Positions 1 through 12,506 of a stretch of DNA of 64,000 nucleotides are shown in pieces. Below the pieces are notes generated by a model. It worked only from the letters and a program-made list of their open reading frames with translations. It was not told the origin of the DNA and did no database searches. Positions within the stretch are counted from its first letter, which is position 1. Each line of letters starts with the position of its first letter. The stretch comes from Octopus bimaculoides. Taxonomy: Eukaryota. Made by a program: the position numbers and the translations under genes. The DNA is taken from positions 24,789,701 to 24,853,700 of the forward strand of contig NC_068991.1 of assembly GCF_001194135.2 (NCBI RefSeq), given 5' to 3'.

Positions 1-2426
1 TTACTTTTCATAAAAAGCCTTTACTCTTTTTGATTTCCAATGTGCATTTTCGCTTATTTTTCTTCTTACTTTCCCCCCTATATGCAGACTGGCCAGGTTG
101 CCAGGTTGCCCGATGGCAAGTGGGCTCCTGCGCCATTAGAATTCATATATGGGGGCCCATCCCCTCAAGTTTGAGAATTTGTTATTCACTCCTGGAAGAA
201 TGCATTATTTCAGCCTGGCTGTGTTTCTAGACAGTTGAAAAGAATACTTTTAACAAAAAAAAAAAAGAAGGATTGTAGTTGCGGGTGGGCCCTCTTAGTC
301 TCCTGGCAACCAATATTTTTAGACCCAGTCCGCTANNNNNNNNNNNNNNNNNNNNNNNNNNNNNNNNNNNNNNNNNNNNNNNNNNNNNNNNNNNNNNNNN
401 NNNNNNNNNNNNNNNNNNNNNNNNNNNNNNNNNNNNNNNNNNNNNNNNNNNNNNNNNNNNNNNNNNNNNNNNNNNNNNNNNNNNNNNNNNNNNNNNNNNN
501 NNNNNNNNNNNNNNNNNNNNNNNNNNNNNNNNNNNNNNNNNNNNNNNNNNNNNNNNNNNNNNNNNNNNNNNNNNNNNNNNNNNNNNNNNNNNNNNNNNNN
601 NNNNNNNNNNNNNNNNNNNNNNNNNNNNNNNNNNNNNNNNNNNNNNNNNNNNNNNNNNNNNNNNNNNNNNNNNNNNNNNNNNNNNNNNNNNNNNNNNNNN
701 NNNNNNNNNNNNNNNNNNNNNNNNNNNNNNNNNNNNNNNNNNNNNNNNNNNNNNNNNNNNNNNNNNNNNNNNNNNNNNNNNNNNNNNNNNNNNNNNNNNN
801 NNNNNNNNNNNNNNNNNNNNNNNNNNNNNNNNNNNNNNNNNNNNNNNNNNNNNNNNNNNNNNNNNNNNNNNNNNNNNNNNNNNNNNNNNNNNNNNNNNNN
901 NNNNNNNNNNNNNNNNNNNNNNNNNNNNNNNNNNNNNNNNNNNNNNNNNNNNNNNNNNNNNNNNNNNNNNNNNNNNNNNNNNNNNNNNNNNNNGCCTATC
1001 AACCAACAAACAACCTCTAGCCACAGATACACCGGCTAGTTTTTGAATAGCTTCTATATTTAAAGGACAGGCGCAATATGGCCGAATAGCTGAGAAGTTC
1101 GCATCGTAATCACGAGGTGCCGGGTTCGATTCCACTGTGCGCAGTATCTTGGGCAAATATCAATTTCTATAGCTTCAGTTGACCCCTATCTTGTAAGTAA
1201 AAAAAAAAAAAAAATGTTACCTTCTCGAGTCATACCGATTCAAAAGGGCCGGTTTCCCGGGTTTATGACGTATATATTCCCCAACTGAACGGGATGCCGG
1301 TCAGTCTCAGAATTACTCATTTTTTGCCAGCTCAGAGTGGACTGGAGCAACGTGAAATGATGTGTTTTGCTCAAGGACACAACGCGTCACAAAGAGCTAT
1401 CACTTCAAGGGATACCAGCAACTCGATTTGTTGTCAACGCAATAGGTCAAAGCTTCTATGACGGCAGTATGGCAATAGGAAACTATATATTTAGAGTTCA
1501 TACTATCACACATGAATGCAAATTTTCAGAAAAATGGTAAGTTATCGACATACACTTAACCTAATGACAAGAGCTCGACTTGATTACATATTCTAAAGCG
1601 AAAGAGCATTACTAATGTAATGGAACTTGTGAAGTTAATTCTGATGAATGTATGTTAAAGTTCGCCTCAGTCTGAGATTCGAATGAATTTAAAATCAACG
1701 ACATTCTCCAATATGGCTGGAGTAACAATGAGGGAATATGCAATCAGTACTTCAAGGTGAAGAAAAAAAGCAGATTTAAAGTGCCTGAAACAAAAAATGG
1801 AATCAGCTCTCCTAATACTACATCAAATGATGCAGCCAGAGCTGTATTATGGATCCCCGGGCAAGTCAAGGCACCGGGCCCCGTGGTATGTATTTATTAG
1901 CTGCAATCTATACCATACGTAGATCAGAATTGGGTCCCTAGTCCGTGAGGCCCTCGGGTAGCTGCCGACAGCACAGGATACAGCAACAGCTGCATTCCAA
2001 CCAAATCAAGATCATCTCAGGAATCTTAGGCGGCCATTGACACATGAAAATATCAATAAAACAACTCCTTGAAACCTTAAAAAAAAAACTTCAGCAAATT
2101 TGAAAGGGCACAAAGAGTTCAGATAAATACGAACAGGAGCAGCAAAAAGCCACGTTCAAAGTAACACTCAGCATGTGTTAATGAAATCGGTGGCAGAGGA
2201 AAAGATAAGGAAATAGGAAAAGCCACAAGCCAGAAGAGCCGGCTCAGCTAACGACAGGGCCACTTTCAAATTCTAAATTGAATATCCATTTGAATTCTTG
2301 CAAATTTTCACCACCATTATTATGCTGTTTTAACTATGACTACCACACTTCAATATAGCAGAACACAGTTTTACCTTCATAAAACCCAGAATTTCCAGGT
2401 ACGATATATTCAGATTATGAACCTTG

Positions 2427-2597
2427 CAGTGGCGTATGGTAGTTGTTGTATTGGGTGTGCTGCCTCCAAATTTCAAGTAGGAGTATAACAAAAGATTTCC
2501 ATTAAGATTTGATTAAGTTAATGAGTAAAGTTAATATTTATAATGAATTTGCCATTTTCGATTGGTGTACAGCACACACTCGGAATATACGCCCCTG
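2427..2597. mobile_element. MITE with CAGTGGCGTAT / ATACGCCCCTG termini (hAT-like)
   Basis: 11-bp TIR with 1 mismatch plus a shared subterminal GTGTGCTG; no clear target-site duplication. Confidence 0.55.
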
Positions 2598-3710
2598 GTT
2601 AAATACCATTTGAGGGACCACTGCCCTACGTTAAATATGGAAAATGTCATATTCTAGGCTCTATCACCTAAGTGCTTAGAAGCTTGATAAAACTAGCGCA
2701 TGTACCGCCCGAATCAAAACATTTGTTTATATTTATTTTAAAAGTTTTCTAATGGCAGAACCTATGATCCTTTTTGCCCCCATCTCCCGAGACCTGATGC
2801 AAGTTATGTTTAAATTGTTGCAGATCAACACCTGCAGGAAAAAAAACATGAGCGGAGGGGCGATTCCAAGAGGCCGATGCTCTACGAATGAAGGATTGGC
2901 CATAGTAGTTAGTAAAGAGTTCAAGAGAGACGAGAGAATTGGGTGGGGTTATAAAATCGGAATATGTGTAGAGGCCATTTATATTAGCAACAGAAAAGAC
3001 AGTACGCCACGGACCAAGGGCTGGAGTATGTCTGCCGAGTGTCCCCATTCTAGATGAAACCCAGTGTGTCGTTTCTGAAAAAACTTAGACTAGCTGTAAG
3101 CTTCGTAATGCAAAAAGGTTAGCGAGAAACGTTTATTAATTGAATTTANNNNNNNNNNNNNNNNNNNNNNNNNNNNNNNNNNNNNNNNNNNNNNNNNNNN
3201 NNNNNNNNNNNNNNNNNNNNNNNNNNNNNNNNNNNNNNNNNNNNNNNNCCCCCACTCATTTCCAAGGCCGTGGTGAAAAGTAGGAAAAATCCCCGTCAAA
3301 ACGGAGAAAATCCAGCTTATGTGGGCATCCTGATCCGAAACTCTGAAAAACCATTGTTTCAGTTCCTGGATCGGATAGGGTGCTGTACTCATGAGCGAAA
3401 CACTTCATGTCACGTTGGCAGAAATAGCGAATTCTTCCTCAAGTCACGTCCTACAATTTTAAACGAAAGAAAAGACTGGTACACAAATAGACATCCGAGA
3501 CAGGTCCTCCTTGCATAGGAAAATAAAAACTGGTAAAGTATATGTATGTTATATTTGTGTTGTGTACACATACATATACTAACATCAGAAATATACACAA
3601 AATAATACATAAACATATGTGATTCAACTGAAAAAAATATTAAAATATAATTTTTTACGGAAATTGCAGAACAAAGTTTCACTTCCCGTATACATTCTTC
3701 GAAAGATTTG

Positions 3711-3830
3711 GGGGTGTCCACAAAGTCTGGGTACATGAAAATTAATACATACTTTAAGAAATTATTTCTTATATTGAATTGTTTATGATTTTATTTACTC
3801 CATGTACCCAGACTTTGTGGACACCCTGTA
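3711..3830. mobile_element. Tc1/mariner-type MITE, TIR CAGGGTGTCCACAAAGTCTGGGTACAT
   Basis: ~27-bp TIRs, TA at the right end; second copy at 32601-32812. Confidence 0.85.
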
Positions 3831-4287
3831 TAATATTAGGAATTGTATAATAAACATTGCTAAAATATTTTGTGTATTAGATAAGTATAACCAATTTACT
3901 GCACATTTTAACAGCAAAATCCTGTGGATTCCGGTTGAAAACCACTGTTCTTTAAGTGTTTGAAAATCATAGGCTTTTTGCCAACTATTTTGTGGAAAAT
4001 CTGAGAATACGTTTAAATTTGCGGGCAATAAAAATAACCAGCTTAATATATATAGTAACCAGATATTTCTAGCAAACTGAAAAAGCTAGTTTAAAAACCA
4101 AGTTTACTAATATATCGGTTTTTAACACGTCTATATTATAACATACACAATGTTGCTGATTTAAAATTCGGCATTTTAATTTTGAACTTCGGATTCGAGC
4201 AAGTGGAAAAACATCTAGTAAATGTACAATTCGCAGCACAAAATACATATCATAGGTGATTGAGAAAACAAACGTTAAAATGTTAGT

Positions 4288-4303
4288 GGCCCTGAAAAGG
4301 GCC
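4288..4303 (-). terminator. Histone mRNA 3' stem-loop (GGCCCT-TTTC-AGGGCC)
   Basis: Minus strand reads AACC GGCCCTTTTCAGGGCC ACTAA about 30 nt after the H4 stop; 6-bp stem and 4-nt loop match the SLBP-binding consensus. Confidence 0.95.
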
Positions 4304-4332
4304 GGTTGCATCTGTAGGCTGAACTGAAGTGT

Positions 4333-4698
<366 letters not shown>

Positions 4699-5016
4699 CT
4701 AGATATACGGACGTAGCAGAAAGCAACATCGCATACGAATCACGTGCCTCGTAGTTAGATGGGCAAATCAGCAGCAGCAGCAGCAGCCAGTGTTTGACTA
4801 ATTATCATGCTGCCTTCCCATTCCGTTTATTCATTGGCATAAAGATTCTTACTCATTTGTTAGCTGAGATTAAATAAAATGGCTTACTAAGCAGATTGTT
4901 TGCAAGGTTGGTATAAAGTTTCAAACCTGTTTACGAAAATAAAAAAAAAACACCCTACCAAGTGTAAAAAATATGTGTAGAAAATGAATATAAAAACAAA
5001 TTTGCGCAAACGAACG

Positions 5017-5399
5017 AGGGTGGGTGAGAGAGGACTTTCGGAAAATTCACAAAGTCCGATTTTTCCCTCATAATTTTCAGGAAAATGGATATATATATTA
5101 ATGATATTTTATAGAAATACTGTTCAAATAGGAAAAACGATTATAAAGAAATTTCTGGGGAATATTTTCCCCAGAAGGAGTGGGGAGAGGACTGTCGGAA
5201 AATTCACACGATCCGTTTTTTTCTCCTCATAACTTTCAGGAAAATGGATATCCTTAATGAAATTTTATAGAAACACTTTTCAAACGGCATAGATTACAAT
5301 TATGAAGAAATTTCTGGGGAAAATTTTTTCCGAAGGGGTGGTGAGAGGGCTGTCGGAAAGTTCACCCGATCCGTTTTTTCCCCTCATAACTTTCAGGAT
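5017..5399 (+). repeat. ~157-bp tandem repeat, 2.4 copies, upstream of H4
   Basis: Anchor CGGAAA at 5039, 5196 and 5354; shared CTCATAA.TTTCAGGA, AATTTCTGGGGAA. Confidence 0.9.
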
Positions 5400-5581
5400 A
5401 TAGTCTAGCGCCCGGTCACCAAAACCCCATCATTACTAACCAGGTACTGTAGTTCTCGGTAGGCGTTACGAATATTTAGCAGAGTAGTGGTGGTAGTAAG
5501 TAATAGCGTATATTTTATTAGTGGGAGACTGCTAATTGTAGCGAGTCGAGATATAGCATCTAAGCATCCCTCGCTCTAGTT

Positions 5582-5815
5582 CTGTGGTTCTCAACCCGCT
5601 AGGGTAGTACTGTGGGTCTGTGAACTAAACTCGAAGTTTCATACATATACCACCTGTCCTCGTCTGTTGTTTTTTTTTTCGTACATTCTCCCTCCTATAT
5701 ATATATATATATATGTATGTATATAAACATAAGGATAAACATATTAAAAGGGGTCCGTGGGAAAACTCATTTAAATAAAAGGGGTCCTTGATAGTGAAAT
5801 GGTTGGGAACCACTG
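5582..5815. mobile_element. hAT-Charlie-type MITE
   Basis: CTGTGGTTCTCAACC ... GGTTGGGAACCACTG termini; 8-bp flanks CTCTAGTT / CTCGAGTC resemble the NTCTAGAN target consensus. Confidence 0.7.
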
Positions 5816-6007
5816 CTCGAGTCTGTCCGCTGCAAGGAGGAATATAGATTCGTTCAAAACATTAAAAAGCAGGGGGGTGGCATTTCACCTTCAAAGTGGA
5901 GACAGGTGTAATATAAAACAATCATTTTGACCCCTTGCACTATATAGCTGTATATATTTTCTTTTCAAACATGTGACTTTTATCAAGCAACTTGGTCGTG
6001 GCCTTTG

Positions 6008-6213
6008 AACGGAGAGGGTTTCAAAAATCCTTACATGTCTAGAAATAGCAGTCAAAGCCACTATAAACATTCATATTCTATCTGAATTTTTATGTCATGT
6101 CACCCACCGACAGCTTTATTGTGAAGAGATAGAATACGAGTGTTTATAGTCGCTTTATAGTGGTTTTGACTGCTATTTCTAGACATGTAAAGATTTTTGC
6201 AACCCTCTCCGTT
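6008..6213. mobile_element. Foldback MITE with ~60-80-bp near-perfect TIRs
   Basis: AACGGAGAGGGTTTCAAAAATCCTTACATGTCTAGAAATAGCAGTCAAAGCCACTATAAA (6008-6067) pairs with 6154-6213 with 3 mismatches. Confidence 0.85.
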
Positions 6214-6389
6214 ATAATTGTGATTTATTCATAATTATACACACTTCTTATATACATACGTATGTACGTACGTATGTATGTATGTATACGGATTGACGAA
6301 TTCCACTGATTCTTATACCCTTAAATCAGTGACAAGAAATATCACCTTTATCATATTTATGTATTAAAATTCTCTACTCTTCATAGTTT

Positions 6390-7745
6390 CAGTCATTGAA
6401 TAAAGCAGTTCTGAAAGAGAGCAGCGTCAGATAATGAACGCTAGACACATCGGTACAGAAAGGTGGGATTGTTGAAACACCTGGCTGCTTAGAAAACACA
6501 AGTGGTCGCACGACTCTGGAGAAAAGCGAAAAGGAGGTAAGGGAGATCTGGTGGTTCTGTGGCTGGACCTCCCAAACATCTGTGGGTCCATGCCACAAAA
6601 GCTGGTAGAGGAGGCTCTTCAAGGACATGTCCCCAGGATGATCACTGACCTCATTCTGGATTATCATCAAATTCTAGACGAGATTCACCTCTGGACAGGT
6701 TGGAAAGGAGCAACATAACTGGCTGCACCGTCTCATTAATCCTTTTCTCCCTCACCATGCACATGGTGATCAAGTCGGTAGAGGTGCAGTGTCAGAAATG
6801 CCAGACGAAATCTGGCATGCAACAACTACTTATAAGAGCCTTTCGTAGACGACCTGATCAGTTGCCCGTGGCAGGCGGATCCTTCAAGGACTCGAGATGC
6901 TCATCTCATGGACAAGGACGAGCTTCAAATCATCAAAATCGAGGTGTCGTGTGCTAAAGAAAGGGAGAGTGGTGGAGAAGCTTCGTTTCATTTTGTTCTG
7001 ACCTGCCATCCCAACTTTGACAGAACAACTAGTCAAGAGCTTGGAGAAGTTCTTTGACAGCAGCCTGAAGGACGCAGTTTCTTTCTGCAGAACCAGTGAC
7101 AACCTTGACAAATGGCTTATTAAGGTCGACAAACTGGACTACCTGGTCGTTTCAAAACTTGGATATGCCAGTATACCATACTGCCAAGGGTTTTGTGGCC
7201 CCTGTCATTATATGATGTCAACTGTAGAAATCCTGGAGATGAAGATTATCAGTTTCTGAGGTGGTGGTTAGACTTACCAAGGAGCCTAAGCAGCGTTGCT
7301 TTCTATGGGTCGACCAACATTTTCCCCTCCCATTTAGCGGCTTCTCAGAGAAGTTCATAGTGGCAAGAACAAGATAAGCCATGAAGTATAGAGAATTTAG
7401 TGACATAAGAGTAGCAGCAGCTGGCATTGCAGTTCGCACAAGTAGGAAGTGCAACACTACCAGAAAGTTGTCGGTGGGAATGTAACCAGTTGAGACTGTG
7501 ACAGTCAGGCTTGGGATGCTTTCCAATCCATCAAGTTGAAGCGCTAAAGGCGAAGAGCGACAATATCTAATCCAAGAAGTTCGCATAGGCATTAAAGAAG
7601 AAAGGGCAAGCAGGATGGTGGGACTCAATGAACAAGGAGGGCCGATATACATCAACGGAAAATCACCTGGTCAGGTCTCTGGCTGACTGACGTCCGTCAT
7701 ATCAGATTTCTAATCCAACACCTACCTGTCGTTAGACGGTCCCTT
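6390..7745 (+). mobile_element. Degenerate R2-group (HERO/NeSL-like) non-LTR retrotransposon, RT and downstream region
   Basis: Frameshifted motifs DTSVQKGGIVETPGCLEN, KGDLVVLWLDLPN..GSMPQKLVEEAL, ITGCTVSLILFSLTMHMVIKS, VKSLEKFFDSSLKD, WLDLPRSLSSVAFYG, RMVGLNEQG, RKITWSGLW; many stops. Clade assignment is from memory of the family. Confidence 0.78.
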
Positions 7746-8544
7746 CAACAATCGACTGGCTCCCTCCCCAAAAATTTCGGGCCTTGTATTTAGAGTAGAA
7801 AAGAATATTTGGGGGTTGTCTCCCCTGCTATTTATTTATTTATTGTCAGTCTTAGCAATTTACATAATGATTGTTCTCATGACTGAGAATATAATTTAAA
7901 TTTCTCTGCTACTCCCTACTTCCCTAATAACTCATGTAAGAGATGATCATGTCAGACACCAAAGACCTTCGTTTCTGAGAGCCACTGAAGCCGAGTTGGT
8001 AGTTTATGAAATGGGATAATGATTCAAATTAACGAAAGGGTGTGATTGTTAACAACTGCTTCCATCACCTCTTAGATATTGAAAATACAGCGATAGAAGT
8101 GGGATCTCGAGCTACTTACCGCTAAATAATAAAAGCTAAGCTCATTATTTTTGCTCTTTTGATCCGCATCGTTTCAAGGTGTTATTTTTTAAAGTTTAAT
8201 TATAGGTCAAATTCCATACTGCAAGCATGAAATAGATTCGAATACAATCACGTCTCATATGAACAATGAAATGGTTAATTTCTACGATAACTTTATTTTA
8301 AGCATTCTATCCATGTACCTTTATTCGTAGAGAGAGGAATAGTGATTTGGGTAAAGAAGGGGTGATTTAAAAAGAAATGTACATTTAAAATATTTAATCA
8401 CAAATATATATCCTTCTCTACATGATTTGTATTTCTCACAATAACGAAATATTTAACCCATTCCGTCCACGAGATATGTATATTTTGGTAACATTTTACT
8501 TTATGTTGTGATTTTCAGAGAAGTACATAATACCTAGCATAAAT

Positions 8545-8858
8545 TGGTATCAAATTCTGGTACAAGGCCAGCACTTTCAGGGGAAGGGACAAGTCGATTA
8601 CATCGACCTAGTGTTCAGCTGGCACTTATTTTATCGATCCCGAAAGGATGAAAAGCAAAGTCGACCTCGGTGGACTCATTGTTTTAATAACTAGTATGAA
8701 CTAGCCATTTCTGAGTTCAAATTCCGCCGATGTCGACTTTGCCTTTTATCCTTTCGGGGTCGATAAATTAAGTATCAGTTGCATTCTGGGGTCGATCTAA
8801 CCGATCCCCCCCCCAAAAAAAAATTTTCGGGCCTTGCACCTAGAGTAGAAAAGATTAT
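8545..8858. mobile_element. Two oppositely oriented copies of a CORE-like SINE
   Basis: TTTATCGATCCCGAAAGGATGAAAAGCAAAGTCGACCTCGG and its reverse complement about 50 nt later. Confidence 0.8.
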
Positions 8859-9976
8859 ATTCTTTAAATAATTAAATTTTAAAAAATGCTCTCCCTGATT
8901 TTCTTTTTTATTAAAACACTCTAGAAAAACTTGTTCGGTTAGTATTTGGCTTTCCTGTCGTGATATTCGTGCAATTCATACCTTAACACTGCTTTNNNNN
9001 NNNNNNNNNNNNNNNNNNNNNNNNNNNNNNNNNNNNNNNNNNNNNNNNNNNNNNNNNNNNNNNNNNNNNNNNNNNNNNNNNNNNNNNNNNNNNNNNNNNN
9101 NNNNNNNNNNNNNNNNNNNNNNNNNNNNNNNNNNNNNNNNNNNNNNNNNNNNNNNNNNNNNNNNNNNNNNNNNNNNNNNNNNNNNNNNNNNNNNNNNNNN
9201 NNNNNNNNNNNNNNNNNNNNNNNNNNNNNNNNNNNNNNNNNNNNNNNNNNNNNNNNNNNNNNNNNNNNNNNNNNNNNNNNNNNNNNNNNNNNNNNNNNNN
9301 NNNNNNNNNNNNNNNNNNNNNNNNNNNNNNNNNNNNNNNNNNNNNNNNNNNNNNNNNNNNNNNNNNNNNNNNNNNNNNNNNNNNNNNNNNNNNNNNNNNN
9401 NNNNNNNNNNNNNNNNNNNNNNNNNNNNNNNNNNNNNNNNNNNNNNNNNNNNNNNNNNNNNNNNNNNNNNNNNNNNNNNNNNNNNNNNNNNNNNNNNNNN
9501 NNNNNNNNNNNNNNNNNNNNNNNNNNNNNNNNNNNNNNNNNNNNNNNNNNNNNNNNNNNNNNNNNNNNNNNNNNNNNNNNNNNNNNNNNNNNNNNNNNNN
9601 NNNNNNNNNNNNNNNNNNNNNNNNNNNNNNNNNNNNNNNNNNNNNNNNNNNNNNNNNNNNNNNNNNNNNNNNNNNNNNNNNNNNNNNNNNNNNNNNNNNN
9701 NNNNNNNNNNNNNNNNNNNNNNNNNNNNNNNNNNNNNNNNNNNNNNNNNNNNNNNNNNNNNNNNNNNNNNNNNNNNNNNNNNNNNNNNNNNNNNNNNNNN
9801 NNNNNNNNNNNNNNNNNNNNNNNNNNNNNNNNNNNNNNNNNNNNNNNNNNNNNNNNNNNNNNNNNNNNNNNNNNNNNNNNNNNNNNNNNNNNNNNNNNNN
9901 NNNNNNNNNNNNNNNNNNNNNNNNNNNNNNNNNNNNNNNNNNNNNNNNNNNNNNNNNNNNNATATATATATACAGT

Positions 9977-10280
9977 GAAGGCGCGTGGCTCAGTGATTAA
10001 GGTATTGCATTCATGATTGTGAGATTGTGGGTTCGATTCTCAGACCAGGCATTGCATTGTGTTCTTGAACAAAACACTTCATTTCATGTTGCTCAGCGAT
10101 CATTTCGTCATCTGACATGTGGCACCTGTTGCACCTGTACAGGTAATGTCAATTTGATGGAAGGAGTGTGCTTATGTCTACACAAACATTTGATCACTAT
10201 AAACAAATCATCGGTGTAGTTGTTCGGTAAGAAATTGTCAATCCCTCATACATCATCTAACGATAGGAGAGTCTGTCATC
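9977..10280 (+). mobile_element. tRNA-derived SINE
   Basis: Head GAAGGCGCGTGGCTCAGTGATTAAGG...GGGTTCGATTCTC with pol III A/B boxes, continuing into non-tRNA body. Confidence 0.75.
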
Positions 10281-11640
10281 ATACATATATGTATATGTAT
10301 GTATTTATATGCAGAGTATACATATGCACTTAGTATTTAAAAGTGACCCCTAAACAGAGTTAATGGTTAACTGTATACATGTTTTTTGACTGAGTTATCA
10401 TTTAGAAAATTTTAAACAGAACCGAAAACTAACTTAAATATTACTACATTAGCTAAGGGTATTAGTATGAGGCATTTGCATGAATTCTCTGCACTCTCTG
10501 TTCAAACTCTCACTGAGGTCAACTTTGCCCTTCATTTTGGAGTCGATACTTCTTTACTTCTTCATTTTTTGCTCCATTGTTTTGAAATATGAGATACAAA
10601 AAAAAAAAAAAAGTTTGGAAAAATCCCAACAAAAACTGAGAAATTCCAACTCTTCCAAAAGTCTACCAAAATTAGTTGTAGAAAGGAATCGGCTCTACAT
10701 CAAGTTTAAAATATTCAAGACATAACAGAACTCTAATGCTATGACATGACAGCACCCTAATAAGTTAAGGGTCCAAGGCAAGACAACTAACTGGTACCAT
10801 AAATATCCAACAAATGATAATTCTGAAATGAATTGGCAACGATCAGCTTAAGAAAGAATAATCTCAGTGCCATCGCCTGGATTATTTGCTGAGAAGTAAC
10901 TTTATTAGAAATCTTTTCATCCTTTGATAATCAGTCTGAAAATTATTATCAGTGAAAAGGTAATAAACAATACTAAATGGAAAGGATTATTGAGAGTAAA
11001 ATAGGCAAGCATTTAAATCATTACTTTGTATATTTTGTGTCTATTGGGGGAGAAGTACAGCCTGAAATTTGGAAGGACTTAACATTTGACAAGCATCATT
11101 CCAGACAAAAGTTTGATTTTTCATTATTATGGATGGCAAGTGATGGGGAATAATTAAAGATTTCTTGTAATCTTTGGCTGCATTTTTTGTCTATTTAGCA
11201 CCGTGGGTGCTAAATATTACACAACAGCAGTCAAGTAGACAGGAACAGTAGCACCAATATATTGAACATAGTGTTGTTTATGAAAAAAATGGCCTACATA
11301 AAACTGAAGCCCAGTACAAAAGGAACAAGATTTTTACTCTTTCCCTTTATCTTAACCATGTACAGATATAATCGCAGCTGACTCTACTTTGATGACACTA
11401 AATGTTGGTTGAGCTATTGACTTTATTTAAATGTATCAAAATAAGTTCCAGGAACTGTCAACAGCTACTAAAATAGACAGGAAATAGCATTACATCCTCA
11501 TATGATTTAGTGAGTTTTTATTTTCCAATGAAATTGAAGCACTAAATTACTTAGATAGATTGTTCTGGTGAGGCTACATGTCAACCATATATAAAATTGT
11601 TTGAAGTTTCCCTCTAACTGGACTTTGACTACTATCAAGT

Positions 11641-11946
11641 TCACCAACCGCAGCAGCAGCAGCACCATTGAAGAGAGCATAGAAGGCAGTAAAGGCTAAG
11701 CATGCCTGATCTGGTGATAAGAAAAAGAAGAGGAAAGAAAGCTACTTTATCTATATCTACAAAGTGTTGAAACAAGTCCTCCCTGACACTGGTATCTCCA
11801 ATAAAGCTGTGTCTATGAATAGTTTTGTCAATGATTTGCTTGAAAGAATAGCTTCTGAGCCCAGTTGCTTGGCTGACTACAAGTGTTTGATCATCAGTAG
11901 CCATGAAGTACAGACTGCTGTCCCTTTTCTCCTTCCTCGTGAATAA
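11641..11946 (+). pseudogene. H2B: Histone H2B pseudogene
   Basis: One frame reads [99 protein letters not shown]. This is clearly the H2B fold ([30 protein letters not shown]), with in-frame stops at 11680 and 11707, small deletions and a premature stop in place of LAKHAVSEG. No stem-loop seen. Confidence 0.92.
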
Positions 11947-12468
11947 TTAACCATAGCTATTAAATATCAATTTGCTAACATATCAAGCAAATAAGTGTCA
12001 AAATTTATGTTGTCATTGAATCAACAAGCCTGAGAATTAAGATCATCTTAATAATTTATTTCAAATGTGAAAGTGATAAGAAAGGTGATTCCCTCTTTGT
12101 TTTTAAAAGCTTATTGAATTACCTGATCAGCAAGCTGCAAGTGTTGCTAAGCATCCCTTTAAATATTACATCAATCATGGATTTGATGATGTTTACTTGA
12201 AACAAACTTACAAGTGACAGGGTAAGCATAATACTTGGTATGAAATATAGTGTTGCAACATTTGTTGAGGAATAACTGATGTGAAAATCTGGCACTTTCT
12301 TGAGTAGAGATTAGAGAGTAGTGGGTGAATCAGAAAACTTCATGAAATTAATCATTCTCAGTGAATAAATTTATAGTCGATTACCTCTGAATCAGTGGTC
12401 CTTAATAATTTTTTTGCCTACAGAACCCTTTGATTCCTATTTTACTCTACTGGACCTCTATAGCAATT

Positions 12469-12506
<38 letters not shown>

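Noticed and set aside
227-1156. Long ORFs spanning N-runs (also 22184-23086 in part, 24148-24718, 28284-28655, 30850-31267, 39776-41306, 48684-48974, 59720-60350)
   Set aside because: Their length comes from unresolved N bases translated as X; they are not evidence of coding sequence.
1400-3520. Moderately GC-rich unique-looking segments and short ORFs (2752-3057, 3270-3518)
   Set aside because: No recognisable protein motifs or consistent splice structure; probably unclassified transposon remains.
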